64,000 nt of DNA. Source: the human T2T-CHM13v2.0 reference genome, Homo sapiens. The translations under genes were made by a program, and so were the position numbers. This document shows, one piece after another, positions 1 to 43,557 of the stretch (position 1 is its first letter; every line of letters begins with the position of its first letter). Below the pieces are notes generated by a model that saw only the letters and a program-made list of their open reading frames with translations, was not told the origin of the DNA and ran no database searches. The stretch is taken from NCBI RefSeq assembly GCF_009914755.1, contig NC_060925.1, one strand, 5' to 3'.

Positions 1-399
1 GGAATGTATGATGGAGTTTCTGCCATCCATGGTGGGAAGAACTCATGCACACCTCATTAGCACCCAGGTATCCAACTGAGACACTAGAATGGATGTGCTT
101 TAGGAATAAGTGTCACACTTTTCAATAAGGCCTATTGTAGACCAACCTGCTAAAGCCTAAAAGCAAACCCTGACAAATTCACAAAGGGGTGGATTGGTGA
201 TTGAGTCCTGCCAAATTAGAGGGTCTTGGGAAATGCTGTGGGCTTTCCATGAATCCGTTGTAATAAAACATGAACCAGTCCACATAAGTCCAAAGTGATC
301 AGACAGTAATTTTACTGCCCACTAGAACAAAATTAATTCACACAATCAATGACACATGTTAGCCAGGTCGATATTTAAGCAAAATACATCTAAGAACAG

Positions 400-1270
400 C
401 TAACAAATAACTCTTCTCAAACTCACATAGAGCATTCAGCAAGATAGACCACATGTGCTGAGCCATCGTTAGTATTTTCTGTCCTTTCTCTTTGACTCGT
501 GTATAGTGTGCTCAAACTCTTAAAATTATACACTTTAATGATTATACACTTTCATGCATCTCAATTGCATGTAAGTTATATTTCAATATATTTGTTAAAA
601 GTTTATAATTAAAAAAACTGTCCTAGCTTGATTCAAGAAATCTTTTTTATATTTAAGAAAATGTAATGTTATGTATTATCAGGGCAAAAGAGAAAAACCA
701 TATGATTACCTTGTCATACACAGTAAAAGCATTTGGCACAATTGAAAACTTTTTTCATGATTTATAAAAACAAACCCCAGAAAACTCTCAGCATGATAAG
801 AAGAGAAGGCAACACTTTCAACCCTATTAAGGGTAGATTTGAAAAAAACTCAGAGGTAACATTATATTAAATGGCATAGGATTGAATGCTTTTCTATTAA
901 ATCAGAGAAAAAAGTAGAATATCTGTTGTTATTCTTTCAATTCAGCATTATACTAGAGATCTAAATCAATGCAATAAAGTAAGAAAAATAAAAGTATTGA
1001 AAAGATTGAAAAGAAAGAATTGAAGCTGTCTTTATTCACAGATAATGACTGTGTATGTTAATAATCCTAGAAATCTATAAAAATCTGCCAAAAGTAATTA
1101 GTGAGTTTGGTAATGTTGCAGAATATAAGCTCAATAGAAGTAGTCTTTTGTATTTCTGTGTATTAGCAATGAGCATTTGGAAAATGAAATAAAAATACAA
1201 TTTCATTTCAAGTAACATCTAAATACATGTTGTGCTTAGAAATAAATTCAACAGGCTGGATCCGGTGGCT

Positions 1271-1314
<44 letters not shown>

Positions 1315-1660
1315 TGGGTGGGTGTGGGTGTGTATATTCACCTTTTTGAAGATTATCTATCGTTATCTCCAAACAGGGAACATTAAGAGAACATTAAAAG
1401 AAACCACAATATAGGAGATATATTTATTTCCAACAAAGGGGTTTTTTAGAGTGTATTTGTATATATATATGTATGTATATATATATAAGTTTAATAAGAT
1501 AAACAGCACAATGAAACAATTTCTCAAAAGACTTGAATAGGTACTTAAGAAAAGAAGATACATGAATGGTCAATTAGCATAGGAAAAGATGCTCTACAGT
1601 TTAGCCATCAGGAACATCAATCAATACAACAATGAGATACCAGTACATGTCCTGTACATA
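400..1660 (+). mobile_element. Old L1M fragments (ORF2 to 3' region), interrupted by (TG)n at ~1274-1335
   Basis: A-rich degenerate L1 ORF2 motifs (aagatagaccacat, gaagctgtctttattcacagataatg, caatgagatacca); boundaries approximate. Confidence 0.7.
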
Positions 1661-1680
1661 TGAGATACCAGTACATATCT

Positions 1681-1855
1681 GGTGCCTGGGATTACAGGCA
1701 CCGGCCACCATGCCTGGCTAATTTTTTGTATTTTCAGTAGAGGCAGGGTTTTACCATGTTGGCCAGGCTGGTCTTGAACGCCTGACCTCAGGTGATCTGC
1801 CCGCCTCAGCCTTGCAAAGTCTTGGGATTACAGGCATGAGCCACCAGGCCCAGCC
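1681..1855 (-). mobile_element. Alu fragment (left arm)
   Basis: gggattacaggc...ttggccaggctggtcttgaac...cccagcc antisense Alu motifs. Confidence 0.9.
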
Positions 1856-1907
1856 AAAATGATTCCATTTTTATGAAGCACATGATCAAGCAAAATGAAT
1901 CTATGGT

Positions 1908-2341
1908 GGCTGCTAAGTTTAAATATTGGTCCCCTCCAAATCACATGTTCAAATGTGGTCCCCAGTGTTGGAGGTGGGGGTAAATGGGAGGTGTTTGGGT
2001 CATGGGAGTGGATCCCTCATGAATAGATGAATCCCCACCCTGGGAGAAGGTAGTGAGTGAATTCTCACTCTCTTAGTTCCTGTAGGAGCTGGTTATTAAA
2101 AAGTGCCTCTCACCTTTCCTTGCTCTCTTTTGCTTCCTCTCTCGCCATATGATCTCTGCACACCCTGGTTCCTTTTCACCTTCTGCTGCAAGTGGAAGCA
2201 GCCTCAGGCCCTCATTAGGAGCAGATGCGGGGGCCATGCTTCTTGTACAGCCTGCAGAACTATGAGCAAAAGGCACCTCTTGTCTTGATAACTTACCCAG
2301 CCTCTGGTATTCCTTTCCAGCAACACAAAGGGGCTAAGGCA
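1908..2341 (+). mobile_element. MaLR solo LTR (MST-like)
   Basis: Starts tgct..gttt..cccctccaaatcacatgtt, has cttcttgtacagcctgcagaac, ends caacacaaaggggctaaggca, typical of MST LTRs. Confidence 0.8.
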
Positions 2342-3619
2342 GTGACAACATTCAGAATATATTCTTCATTTGGGGGATGAGTATTGACTGGCAAGGACCA
2401 CATCAGAACTTTGTGGCATGGGGGAAAATGTTCTCTGTCTTTAACTGGGTGTTACTTTACAATTATAATTATATTAAAATTTATTAAGCTGTGCCTTTAG
2501 GTTTTTTTGCAGTATACTCTACGCAAATTTTACCTCAGTGAAAAACTGTTAGCATACAACAGACAGATAACAAACACTCAAAAAGGTGAAAATTGACAGA
2601 AAATAGGTAACAAATATTTAGCATATAAATAAGAGGGATCCGTTGAGAAGAAACCAAAAGCAACGGAATAGAACAAAGACAAAAAAGTATAATAAAAAGA
2701 GTTTTAAATTTCAAAGTTTGAAATGATATTAAAGTGGCACACTGTTTCCTTGGGAAAATCAAGTGAGAACCACAAGTCTGAGACTAATTCCAGCAAAAGT
2801 ATGTAAATCAGTTTGATCTAATGGTACAAGGTTAGCTTTGAAGGCCAAAAGGAACGGATATCTAATTCTTACTCCTCTCCTCACTAGTTTTGTGACCTAG
2901 GGAAATTTTGCAATCTTTCTGAGTTTGTTTTCTCATCAGGAACAGGATAATACCTAAGTAACAGGATAGTTGACAGATTTAAATATGATCGCATGGCGGT
3001 GGACATGAGCCGTAATTAGTTGTTAAGAATATATTGACACTGAACTCTCCTTTATCCATGTTAAAATTGTAGATAAACAACAATTGACAAAGAATAGACA
3101 AAATGTTCTAACATAAATATTCTTCCCTTGTTTCTAGAAAGAAGTCACACATACGGTAAAAATAATTAGAGAGGACCTAGTTCATATTGAACAATCTTCC
3201 CCAAAGCCTGAAACAGGTCTTCTTTCTAACACCAGAGATATCTTGAGTGAGTCCAACCCCTGCAGTCCCCTCTGTCTGGAATAGATGGAGGAAGTTTGCT
3301 CCAGCCTTAGAAGAGCATGGGCTGGCAAGCGTTCTCAGAGAGGTCTCGACTTCAACTCTAAAGGGCCTGAGGAATATGTGCAACTGGGTCGGGTTAAGGC
3401 CAAGCTGAATCACATGACCAGGGCTCTCACCAGCGCCAAAGTCAGTGGAAGGATATCAGTCCCCAGAGCTCTGTCACAGGCCATGGATGCTCCATGGAGG
3501 GGTGGTGAGCATATGAATAACAATCAAGAGAAACATCGGTAATGGACAGGAGGCATCAATAAACAATGTCCACCCTCCTCTAAAACCCAGGAAAGTTCTC
3601 ATTCAAAAGACGATGTCTT

Positions 3620-4720
3620 GAAGGAAACCTAGGTACAAATCTTTGTGATTTTGGATTAGACATTTTTTAAGTAGGCACAAACAACCGAAAAATAGATAAA
3701 TGGACTTCATTAAAATAAAAAACTTGTATGCTTCAAAGGACACTGTCAAGGAAGTGAAAAGATAATCCACATAATGGGAGAACTATTTCCAAATTGTATG
3801 TTTGACACAGGTCTAGTACCTAGAGTGTATAAGGAATTCATATAACTGAGCAATAAACGACAACCACATTTAACAATGGGGAAAAAAAGCTGTGAGTAGA
3901 GGTTTCTCTAAAGGAAACACACAAATGGCCAAGAAGCACATGCAAAGATGTTCAATGTTTTTCGTCATTAGGAAAATGTAAATTTAAACCAAAATGAGAT
4001 ACCACTTCACACCCAGCAGTATGACTTAAGAAAAAAATAAAGACAACACATGTTTCAAAAGTGATGGAGAATATGGAATTCTCATATATTACTATTGGGA
4101 ATCTAAAATGATATAGCTACTGAAGTTAGTAAACAGTGTGTGAGTTCCTCAAAAAGTGAAACATAAAGTGACATATGATGCAGCAATTGCACTCCTAGGT
4201 TTATAACCAAGAAAATGAAAAACAGATGTTCACTCAAAAACCTGTACAAAGCTGTTCACAGCAGCATTATTCCTAATAGTTAAAAAGTGGAAACATCTTA
4301 AACCACCATGAGTTGATGAATAAACAAAATGTGGTATAACCATATAGTGGAATATTATCTGGCCATAAAAAGTTGAAGTACTGACGCAGGCTAGAAAGGA
4401 TGAAACTTGAGAACAATATTCTAAGAAGCAGATAGAAAATACCACACTTTGTTATTCCATATAGAGGAAGTGCCCAGAACAAGTACATCAATATATAGAG
4501 AAGGTAGATTAGTGGTTGTCAGAGAGCGCAAGAAGGGGGGAATTGGAGAGTGTCTGCCCATAGGTACAGGCATGCTTTTTGGCATTATGAAAATATTCTG
4601 GAATTAGGTAGTGGCGATGGTTGCGAAAGTTTTGGAATATGGTAAAAGACACTGAAATGTATGCTTAAAAATGGTGAATTTTGTGATGTATAAATTCTAC
4701 TGTAGAAATAATAATAACAA
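3620..4720 (+). mobile_element. Old L1M 3' end
   Basis: L1 3' motifs: aatgagataccacttcacacc, gcaattgcactcctagg, aaacaaaatgtggtata. Confidence 0.8.
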
Positions 4721-4804
4721 CAAAAGTAATAAAGCAAGGTGTCTTTCCACATCTCCATGTCCAGTATTTTCATTAAAAAAAAGAAAGAAATAAAAGCATT
4801 TCAG

Positions 4805-5101
4805 GGCCAGGTTCAGTGGCTAACTTCTGTAATCCCAGCACTTTTGGAGGCCTAGGTGGGAGGATCGCTTGAGGCCAGAAGTTCAAAACCAGCCTGAGCA
4901 ACATAGCAAGACCTTGTCTCTATGAAAAATATAAAATTAGCCAGAAATGGTGATGTGTGCCTATAGTTCCAACTACTTGGAAAGCTGAGGCAGGAGGATC
5001 GCTTGAGCCCAGAAGTTCAAGATTGCCGTGATCTATAATCACCAGTGCACTCCACCCTGGGTGACAGAATAAGACCCTGTCTCAAAAAAAAAAAAAAAAA
5101 A
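4805..5101 (+). mobile_element. Alu (AluJ-like)
   Basis: Full dimer with poly-A; ggaggatcgcttgag in both arms; aaaagcat flanking duplication. Confidence 0.92.
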
Positions 5102-5804
5102 GCATCTCACTTTAATAGTAAGTGGCCAAAATATGATGCTGGCTGCATGTTGTGAGGAAATGTGTTAGATGAAAGAAGTCAAATTGCAGAAGATTTCCTT
5201 TTCTCAGAAATGAGGTATAGGGGAGAGAAGCACTGGTCCACCTGAGATCTGGCTCCAGGACTTACAACAAGGGGAACTTGGGCAAGTTACAGACTCTGTG
5301 TGCCTCAGTTTCTTCATCACCAAACAGAAAGAATCATCCCATAAACTGTAAGGTCAATGCTGTCAGTGAGTCCCCAAATTGACTGCACATCTGAGTCATG
5401 TTAACAAACATTCCAGGCCCCACCTGAGCCCTCTGAATCAGAATCCCTGCAAGGAGGACAATGAACTTGTATTTGCACTGACTTTCCCAGCTGTTTCTTA
5501 CTTTGATCAAGTTGGGGGTGGGACCCATTGAGCTGCATCACATCATTCCAAAGCCAAAACACAACAGCAGAACAAGAATATTTTCAATGCGGTCTCTAAA
5601 GCGGAGGAGAAACTGTTGAGGGAACCTAGAAGTAAAGGACATCTGGCTTGCTGGGCTCCATTTAAACTTTGAGTATAGCAGAGACACGAGCCCTTCGGGA
5701 CACATGCCTGTCGCAGTGACACTCCAACTTCGGAAGAGTGGAAGCCCTGATTCCAAATTCAAGCATGCTTTGAGTAGAAATTAAGTTTGCCTCTTTTTGC
5801 ACAG

Positions 5805-5887
5805 GAAGATGGCCAATCTTTCCTAAGCTGCTCACCTTACAAGAAAACGAATCGTACTGCTAAGAATTCAAACTTCAGCAGTCATGG
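5805..5887 (+). other. NBPF1: Candidate NBPF 5'UTR exon
   Basis: Acceptor ctctttttgcacAG, donor GG|GTAAGT; no long ORF. Confidence 0.6.
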
Positions 5888-6156
5888 GTAAGTAAGGAAG
5901 TCTTATAAATCTATTTTAGCCACCTAACAAGAAACTAGAAATTTAGCAAGTTCTTTCACATTCAGGACAGTTGTGTTGACTAGATCAGAGGCACTGAGAC
6001 ATGAAGAACAGACCCCTAAAAAGGGAAAGTGTTCCTTTCAGTTTGAGGACATCACTGGAATATTAGGGAAGTGGAAACACAGCTGCCCACTCTACAGTAT
6101 GGGTTGCCTTTGTGTCCGGAATGTGCCTAATGTCCTGATCTCTGTGCCCTTTTCAG

Positions 6157-6226
6157 GGAGCCTTGGAAGGAGCCCGAATCACTGATGGAATTGGACAGTG
6201 CATGGAGATGGTTCAGCAGGACAAGG
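6157..6226 (+). other. NBPF1: Candidate NBPF 5'UTR exon
   Basis: Acceptor tgcccttttcAG, donor GG|GTAAGT. Confidence 0.6.
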
Positions 6227-7250
6227 GTAAGTGCAGGGGCAAGTCCAGGTCATACTGAGAGACAACGAGTGGCGCTGACAGAGACAGACAAAGATAAAAT
6301 CAAAAGTTTGTGCTTCATCTTCAAAAACTCAAACTAATAACAAACTTGGCCTTATGAGAAATAATAAGTATTTTTCTATTTACATGAGAATTTAATCTCA
6401 AAACAGGAATCAGAAACATATTAAGTCCAGGGCATAAAACCTAAACCACTGCTCATATTTATTCTTTCTAAATAGAGCAAAGTGTAAAATCTTCTCCATA
6501 AAATGCACATTGTGCTTATGAAAAGGCCAGTCTTAGTGAGAATCATTGGTATTCCATAGAAGAGTGAATTAAACACAGCCAAGGGAAGACCCAAGTCTCA
6601 TACTTCTCTTGTATATTCCAGAGTTCCAGGGGAATTCCAGGTGATAGAGGTGATCTCCCATACTGTTAAAGCAAGGTTGCAGACACTTGGGAATTTTGGT
6701 CCCAGTACTCTAGGAGGTCACACCTCTGTCCTGGAAAATACTACAGGAATGTATACTCTTCCTATGACTCATTCTGGTCATTCTTCCAGCATCACAAAAA
6801 CCAAAAAAAAAAAAAGGAAATATGTCCAAATACATGATTTGCTATCCCTCCTCTTCAGGTTTCTTACCTGTTACTTACGGATAACAGCATTACCACAGGA
6901 TTATGATGAAGATACAATGTCCAAATATAAACACAGTTTTGAGCAAAATGCCTTGTACGAATTGGTCAATGAACAACTAGTAAATAATTATGTGAATATT
7001 TACTGAATTATATGGATCCTATGAATAATTACTGAATAATTCATGTGATTGCTTTTATTGGCAGTGCTGAAAACTCATCCCCGTGTGACCTCAAGTAAGC
7101 CATGTAACTCTGTGAACCTGCAGTTTTATCATTTTTAAAATAAAGAAACATGACAGATTTTCATTATGACACAGAATGTCAGGTCTCCCAGATGCCAGAA
7201 AATACATTTACTTAAAGCCGTTGATACGTCTTAAAGCGGTTTCCTTACAG

Positions 7251-7377
7251 TGTCATTGGAGGACAGTGTGGAGTGCAGAGAGACATGCTTTGAAATGGGA
7301 TTGATCCAGTCCTCCTTCCTTCACTACCACATGAATGCTGGGCAGCCCAGGGTCAACCCACCGCACCCTCAACTCAG
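7251..7377 (+). other. NBPF1: Candidate NBPF 5'UTR exon with GC donor
   Basis: Acceptor tttccttacAG, donor CAG|GCAAGT (ideal GC-AG context). Confidence 0.55.
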
Positions 7378-8504
7378 GCAAGTCCAGCAGCCAATCTTAG
7401 GAGACCTGGGCTACAGAACAGTCTCCCAAGTTCCAGGCTCACAAAACCTAGGTGGGGTGAAAGCTGAGAAAGCGAGGAGGTGGTTCAGGGGATCACTCTT
7501 TCCTACTCATTCCTCTCATCTCAAACTCACCTTCTACTGCAACACTGAGGATCACCAACCAACCGTGACCATAACCTTGATCTTGCCATGTTCTGTTAGT
7601 GGAATGCAACCCAAAATCAATGGTGTTAGGTCATCTCAACAAAATATATATCAAACCATATTGCATAAGAACCGCTCATGGCCCTGTTCTTTTCAGTATA
7701 TGGGAAAACAAAATGGAAACAACAAAATAGCATCAGGTTTATGAAACTTCCCAAGATAGATGGTCACACATGTTTTCAGGAGATCTCTATATAAATGATT
7801 TTGATCACTTGATACCTTGAAAAGAGCTCTTGTGACACTAGAATGACATCCATAAGTGACAAGTATAAAATGTAGCGCTCAGTGACATCAAAAACCAAAT
7901 CAACCCACATAGAGGAAGAGCTCTGGACATAGGGATGTCAAACTGGTCTAGAGTGTAATGAAAAGCAAAGATGGTGCCCCAGTGAGAAAAAAGAAATCAA
8001 CATAACAATGGGAAACAGCAAGAAGAATACTGAGACAGGCAAGACAACATTTTTTACAAATGAATTATTCATTCACTTTCTAGTGGATACAGACAAAACT
8101 GCAGAAGACCCAGAGGAAATCAGGGCAGGCTAAAAGTTTGATATCTTACACCTGTGGAAAGGCCTTAAGCTCTGTTTTAACTGAGAGCAGGTGGGGTGAC
8201 TTCATGACTACCATTAAGAAAATACAACCTGTTGGGAAACTGTTTCTGCCTTGATGATGTTGTACAGACAAGAGATAAACAGTGAGGAATATGCTTAGAT
8301 GTATTGGGAAAGACACGGGTCTGTGGCATCATCACAAGGGTACACGAATACTGAGAGTGAATGCTGAAGGAATGATCCCCATTGGTGGTGACCCTCAGGT
8401 GAGACTAGGGTGCCTGTGTTTCAGGAAAGCCTGGGCAATTGGAATGCAGGGCTCCTAAGATTCCATGACACCCCCACCTTCTAATTCTGTTATTGCAACT
8501 GCAG

Positions 8505-8659
8505 ACGGTTACCTGGCACGCTGGCCACAGTCTACCTCACTCTTATCAGAGTCTGAGCTACTGGCAGTGCTTTCAGCTCTGAGTTCAGGCACCTCGAACC
8601 TTGTTTTTGTGGTGAAGGATCCTAAAGTGCTGTGGGGAGTGATCACATTTTTCACAACA
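8505..8659 (+). other. NBPF1: NBPF 5'UTR exon immediately before first coding exon
   Basis: Acceptor caactgcAG, donor CA|GTAAGT, 102-nt intron to exon at 8762. Confidence 0.7.
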
Positions 8660-8796
8660 GTAAGTTAAGAATTTCAGTTACTGACATCCCTCAGTCCTGA
8701 TTAAACCTATTTGATTTCACCAGTTTTTAACCCATCATATGTTTGGGTTTCTTCTCCCCAGTCCCTGGCTCCACCTCTTCTGCCACAAACGTCAGC

Positions 8797-38416
<29,620 letters not shown>

Positions 38417-39911
38417 GCAGCCCTTACTAAGCCGAGAGATGTCATTCCTGCAGGCAGGACCTATAGGCACGTGAAGATTTGAATGAAACTATAGTTCCAT
38501 TTGGAAGCCCAGACATAGGATGGGTCAGTGGGCATGGCTCTATTCCTATTCTCAGACCATGCCAGTGGCAACCTGTGCTCAGTCTGAAGACAATGGACCC
38601 AAGTTAGGTGTGACACGTTCACATAACTGTGCAGCACATGCCGGGAGTGATCAGTCAGACATTTTAATTTGAACCACGTATCTCTGGGTAGCTACAAAGT
38701 TCCTCAGGGATTTCATTTTGCAGGCATGTCTCTGAGCTTCTATACCTGCTCAAGGTCAGTGTCATCTTTGTGTTTAGCTCATCCAAAGGTGTTACCCTGG
38801 TTTCAATGAACCTAACCTCATTCTTTGTATCTTCAGTGTTGAATTGTTTTAGCTGATCCATCTTTAACGCAGGAGGGATCCTTGGCTGAGGATTGTATTT
38901 CAGAACCACCAACTGCTCTTGACAATTGTTAACCCGCTAGGCTCCTTTGGTTAGAGAAGCCACAGTCCTTCAGCCTCCAATTGGTGTCAGTACTTAGGAA
39001 GACCACAGCTAGATGGACAAACAGCATTGGGAGACCTTAGCCCTGCTCCTCTCGATTCCATCCTGTAGAGAACAGGAGTCAGGAGCCGCTGGCAGGAGAC
39101 AGCATGTCACCCAGGACTCTGCCGGTGCAGAATATGAACAACGCCATGTTCTTGCAGAAAACGCTTAGCCTGAGTTTCATAGGAGGTAATCACCAGACAA
39201 CTGCAGAATGTAGAACACTGAGCAGGACAACTGACCTGTCTCCTTCACATAGTCCATATCACCACAAATCACACAACAAAAAGGAGAAGAGATATTTTGG
39301 GTTCAAAAAAAGTAAAAAGATAATATAGCTGCATTTCTTTAGTTATTTTGAACCCCAAATATTTCCTCATCTTTTTGTTGTTGTCATTGATGGTGGTGAC
39401 ATGGACTTGTTTATAGAGGACAGGTCAGCTGTCTGGCTCAATGATCTACATTCTGAAGTTGTCTGAAAATGTCTTCATGATTAAATTCAGCCTAAACGTT
39501 TTGCCGGGAACACTGCAGAGACAATGCTGTGAGTTTCCAACCTTAGCCCATCTGCGGGCAGAGAAGGTCTAGTTTGTCCATCAGCATTATCATGATATCA
39601 GGACTGGTTACTTGGTTAAGGAGGGGTCTAGGAGATCTGTCCCTTTTAGAGACACCTTACTTATAATGAAGTATTTGGGAGGGTGGTTTTCAAAAGTAGA
39701 AATGTCCTGTATTCCGATGATCATCCTGTAAACATTTTATCATTTATTAATCATCCCTGCCTGTGTCTATTATTATATTCATATCTCTACGCTGGAAACT
39801 TTCTGCCTCAATGTTTACTGTGCCTTTGTTTTTGCTAGTTTGTGTTGTTGAAAAAAAAAACATTCTCTGCCTGAGTTTTAATTTTTGTCCAAAGTTATTT
39901 TAATCTATACA

Positions 39912-40022
39912 ATTAAAAGCTTTTGCCTATCACTCTGGACTGTTGGATTGTTTTTTACATTCAGTGTTATAATCTTTTGTTATGCTGATTGGTTTTGGTG
40001 GGTACTGATGTGAATTAATAAA
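39912..40022 (+). terminator. Tandem polyadenylation signals of NBPF1 3'UTR (ATTAAA 39912-39917, AATAAA 40017-40022)
   Basis: Hexamers followed by U/GU-rich sequence ~1.5-1.6 kb after the stop. Confidence 0.7.
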
Positions 40023-40139
40023 AACATTTCCATTTCCCTGTTTATTTTCTAATCTCTTCCACCTTGTAGGCTATGTTTACCATATGTGGCAGAATGCATT
40101 TACTCCATTTCTTGGTTCTAGATATTTATATTCTTTGTG

Positions 40140-40142
<3 letters not shown>

Positions 40143-40172
<30 letters not shown>
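40143..40172. repeat. (TG)n microsatellite
   Basis: Directly visible. Confidence 0.95.
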
Positions 40173-40174
<2 letters not shown>

Positions 40175-41344
40175 CTCTGGCATTTAGGAAGGGTTGTGTA
40201 GCTCATGTTTGATATTGATTAAAAATGTTTCATAGTTTTCCCCCCTTTGAACTAGACACACTTCTAATATTTGGTTTATACATTTTAAATTATGACTTTC
40301 AACGTCAAATATTTCCATATGACAGTCAGTTACATGATGTGTTTTCTTTTTCCTACCTCCTTTACCTGCCACTTCTCATAATGGTATTTGAACCTAAACA
40401 TATGCCAGTGACATTCTGTGGTTGTCATCTTGCCCACCCCTTGGTTTTTGGTTTAGATCCACAATTAAATATATTAATGCTCATGAGCTGTTCAAAAGTG
40501 AATGTCACAGTCATCACTTGCTGAGTGGTACTCATCCTTAACAGAGTCCTCATGAGGGAATCAGGTCTCGCTGAGTTTAGCATGTTTAATAATCTTCCTC
40601 GTGGTCTTGATACATGGATCGCATTACTGGATATAAGGTGTTTGCCCAAAATGATTTTTCTTGCATTTTTAGGAGCTATTGTCTTCCTTGCGGGACATAC
40701 ATGCTGTATGTTCTCATTGTGGGATTCTATTTTGTTCTACCAGGACCTATAATTTCTGCCAGTTACTTCATTTGTTCTCTTCACCATGAGTCTCCAGAGG
40801 ATGCTTCCTTTGTCCATGCCTCCCCATCTCCCAGCAATTCTGCGTTTCCAAGACTGGCACCTCTGGTCCTCTGCATGGTGAAGCCCCTTCCTTTCAATTC
40901 CCCAGTAGCCAGTGCTCTAATCCACCAGGTCTCAGGTATGATCTGTGTTTCTCCACATGCTCTTTCTGAGGATAGTTTTACCTGTGTTCTGTCATGAACA
41001 GGCCCTCCCTGCTGTCCTGGCCTCGATTTGCTTAGTGTTTCCTGCTCCCTCTGCCCTTGTGTGGCTCCCAGACCAAGTGAAACAAAATCACCTGAGGGCC
41101 ACAGTGTTCCCTAGCCCTGGCGTTTAGGGGCAGGGTTATGGGTGGGATTTTTGACTCTCTAAGTTAACCCCTAGGGCTTTGAAGTGTCTGTTGAGAAATT
41201 CAGCTGTTATCATCCTAGGTGGACTTGCTCTCTCCTGTCCTCCTACTTCAAATGCAGAACTTCAATCGTTTACAAAAGAAGACTGAGTCATATAATAGAA
41301 CACACCCTTATTCATTGGCTGGCTTCACCAATCATCTCATGGCT

Positions 41345-41695
41345 GAACTTTTAAAAATACAATCTTAGCCACATACCTATGAAATGTATATGTGTGTGTA
41401 TACATATGTGAATTTGTTTCTGAGATTATGGAGGCTGAAATTCCCAAGATGGAAGGAAAGCTGGATACCCAGGAAAGCATTTGTTTCCCATTAGGCCTCT
41501 TAATTCTCTCCTGACCTTTGATTGATTGCATGAGTCCCACCCCCGTTAAGGGGGGCAATCTGCTTCACTTAGTCTGCCCATCCCGATGTTAATCATATGT
41601 GAAACACTCTCTGGAACACAACCAGAATCACATTTGGCCGAATGTCCCGGCACCCTGGTGCTCAGTCACAGTGACACGTGCAAGTAACTATCACA
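41345..41695 (-). mobile_element. ERVL LTR (MLT2-like)
   Basis: gattatggaggctga, cccacccc...gggggcaatctgctt, ends gtaactatcaca. Confidence 0.7.
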
Positions 41696-41699
41696 CTTG

Positions 41700-42100
41700 T
41701 CCTTTGTCACATTTGTCATTTCCCCTGTTTTTCTCCCAATCTGCAGCTTATATTTGTTCTCTTAATACTGTCTCGTGTTGAGCAAAAACTTTTACTTTTT
41801 ATAAAGTTGAATTTATCAATGTTTTCTTTAATGGTTTGTGTTTCTTGATAACAAAGAACACTTTGCCTAACTGTGTCGTGAAGATTTTGTCTTATATTTC
41901 CTGCTATACTTTTTCTACTTTTATAGTTTATATTTAGTTGCATAATCCATTTTGAGTTAGTTTTTGAGTCAGTATTGAGGTTCAGGTGAATCTTTTTCCT
42001 TTGGGGATATCCATGTCCAGTTGTTTCTACACAATTTGTTGACAAGAGAATGCCTTCTCCACTGAATCATATTTGGACCTTTGTCAATCCATTGGGTGGT
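41700..42100 (-). mobile_element. Old L1M fragment
   Basis: Antisense ORF2 3' remnants (KTNSKWI, IDKFNFIK). Confidence 0.75.
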
Positions 42101-42391
42101 TGAGACTGGTCTGAGGGCTGTCCTGGTGTTTGGACAGAGAGACAGGGCATGAAGTAGGGTGGTTCTTATGGGAAAAATTAAGGAAGGCACATTATTCTAT
42201 GAGGCATAGGAAGCCCCAAGCACAATTGGGGTACCTTCTACCAGCATGTTGTAGCACATTCATCTCTGCTGTCTCTACCTCTCCTGTTGCAAAAGCTTGG
42301 GTGTGCATAGACACTGAGGTTGAGTGGTGTCTTTGGGCACTTTTGAGCATTGACACCAAAGCTCCAGCATCAAATCTTAGAATATCAAGCA

Positions 42392-42666
<275 letters not shown>

Positions 42667-42679
42667 TCAAAGAAGCAGG

Positions 42680-43518
42680 AAAACATGACACATACTGAAG
42701 AATCTAATAATCTGGTTGAAATTGACACACACGTTGGAAATAGAAGAAAAGGACGTTACCGCAATTAGTATAATTGTATTTTAATTAAATGGAGAGGTTG
42801 AAGATTTTTTAAATATCAAATTCTGTAGATAAAAACTATGATTTACAGTGTGAAATGGAAGAAGGCACTGGATTAAATATTGCAGAAGAGAAGATTATTA
42901 AACTAGAAGGAATAGAAGTTGAAACTAACATAAATGAAACACACATTAACAAATGACTTGAAAACATATAAAGACCATCAGCATCAAAACTTTAAACACC
43001 CTAGTATAGGGCTAAATGGAATCCCTGAAGGGCAGGTAGTGGAGAAGAGAGACAAAGATATTTAAAACATACTGGATGAAAGATTTAGAAGCTCCATGGA
43101 AATCATAAACTTCAAATATTACAGAAATATGATTATCCCAAGAACAAGAAACATGCAGAAAACTTCACCAAGGAACACCTTAATCGAATCCATCAAAACC
43201 AGTGATAAAAAGGAAATCCTAAAAGTAATAAAAGGGAAAAGAACATGTTACATACAGAGCACTAAATATAAGGATGGCATAAGATTTCTCATAGCAGACT
43301 TTACAAACAAGAAGTTTGCAATAAAGTACTTAAAAAAAGAAAAACTGTCACCTACAAGTCTACACCTGGCCAAATTATCTTTCAAAAATAAACATGAGAA
43401 AAAATATTTTTGAACAGAAAACAAAATGATCTCAATTTGCAGATGGTGTGATCCTATGTATAGAAAATCCCAAACAATACATACAAAGGCAAACACACAT
43501 ACATGCACACAGACACCA

Positions 43519-43557
<39 letters not shown>

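Noticed and set aside
7250-7744. 164-aa + strand ORF
   Set aside because: It starts at a GTG across a splice acceptor, has no recognisable homology, and is better explained as a UTR exon plus intron.
38664-39328. Small ORFs in or antisense to the 3'UTR
   Set aside because: They are short with no motif support, and the region is partly intron-homologous.
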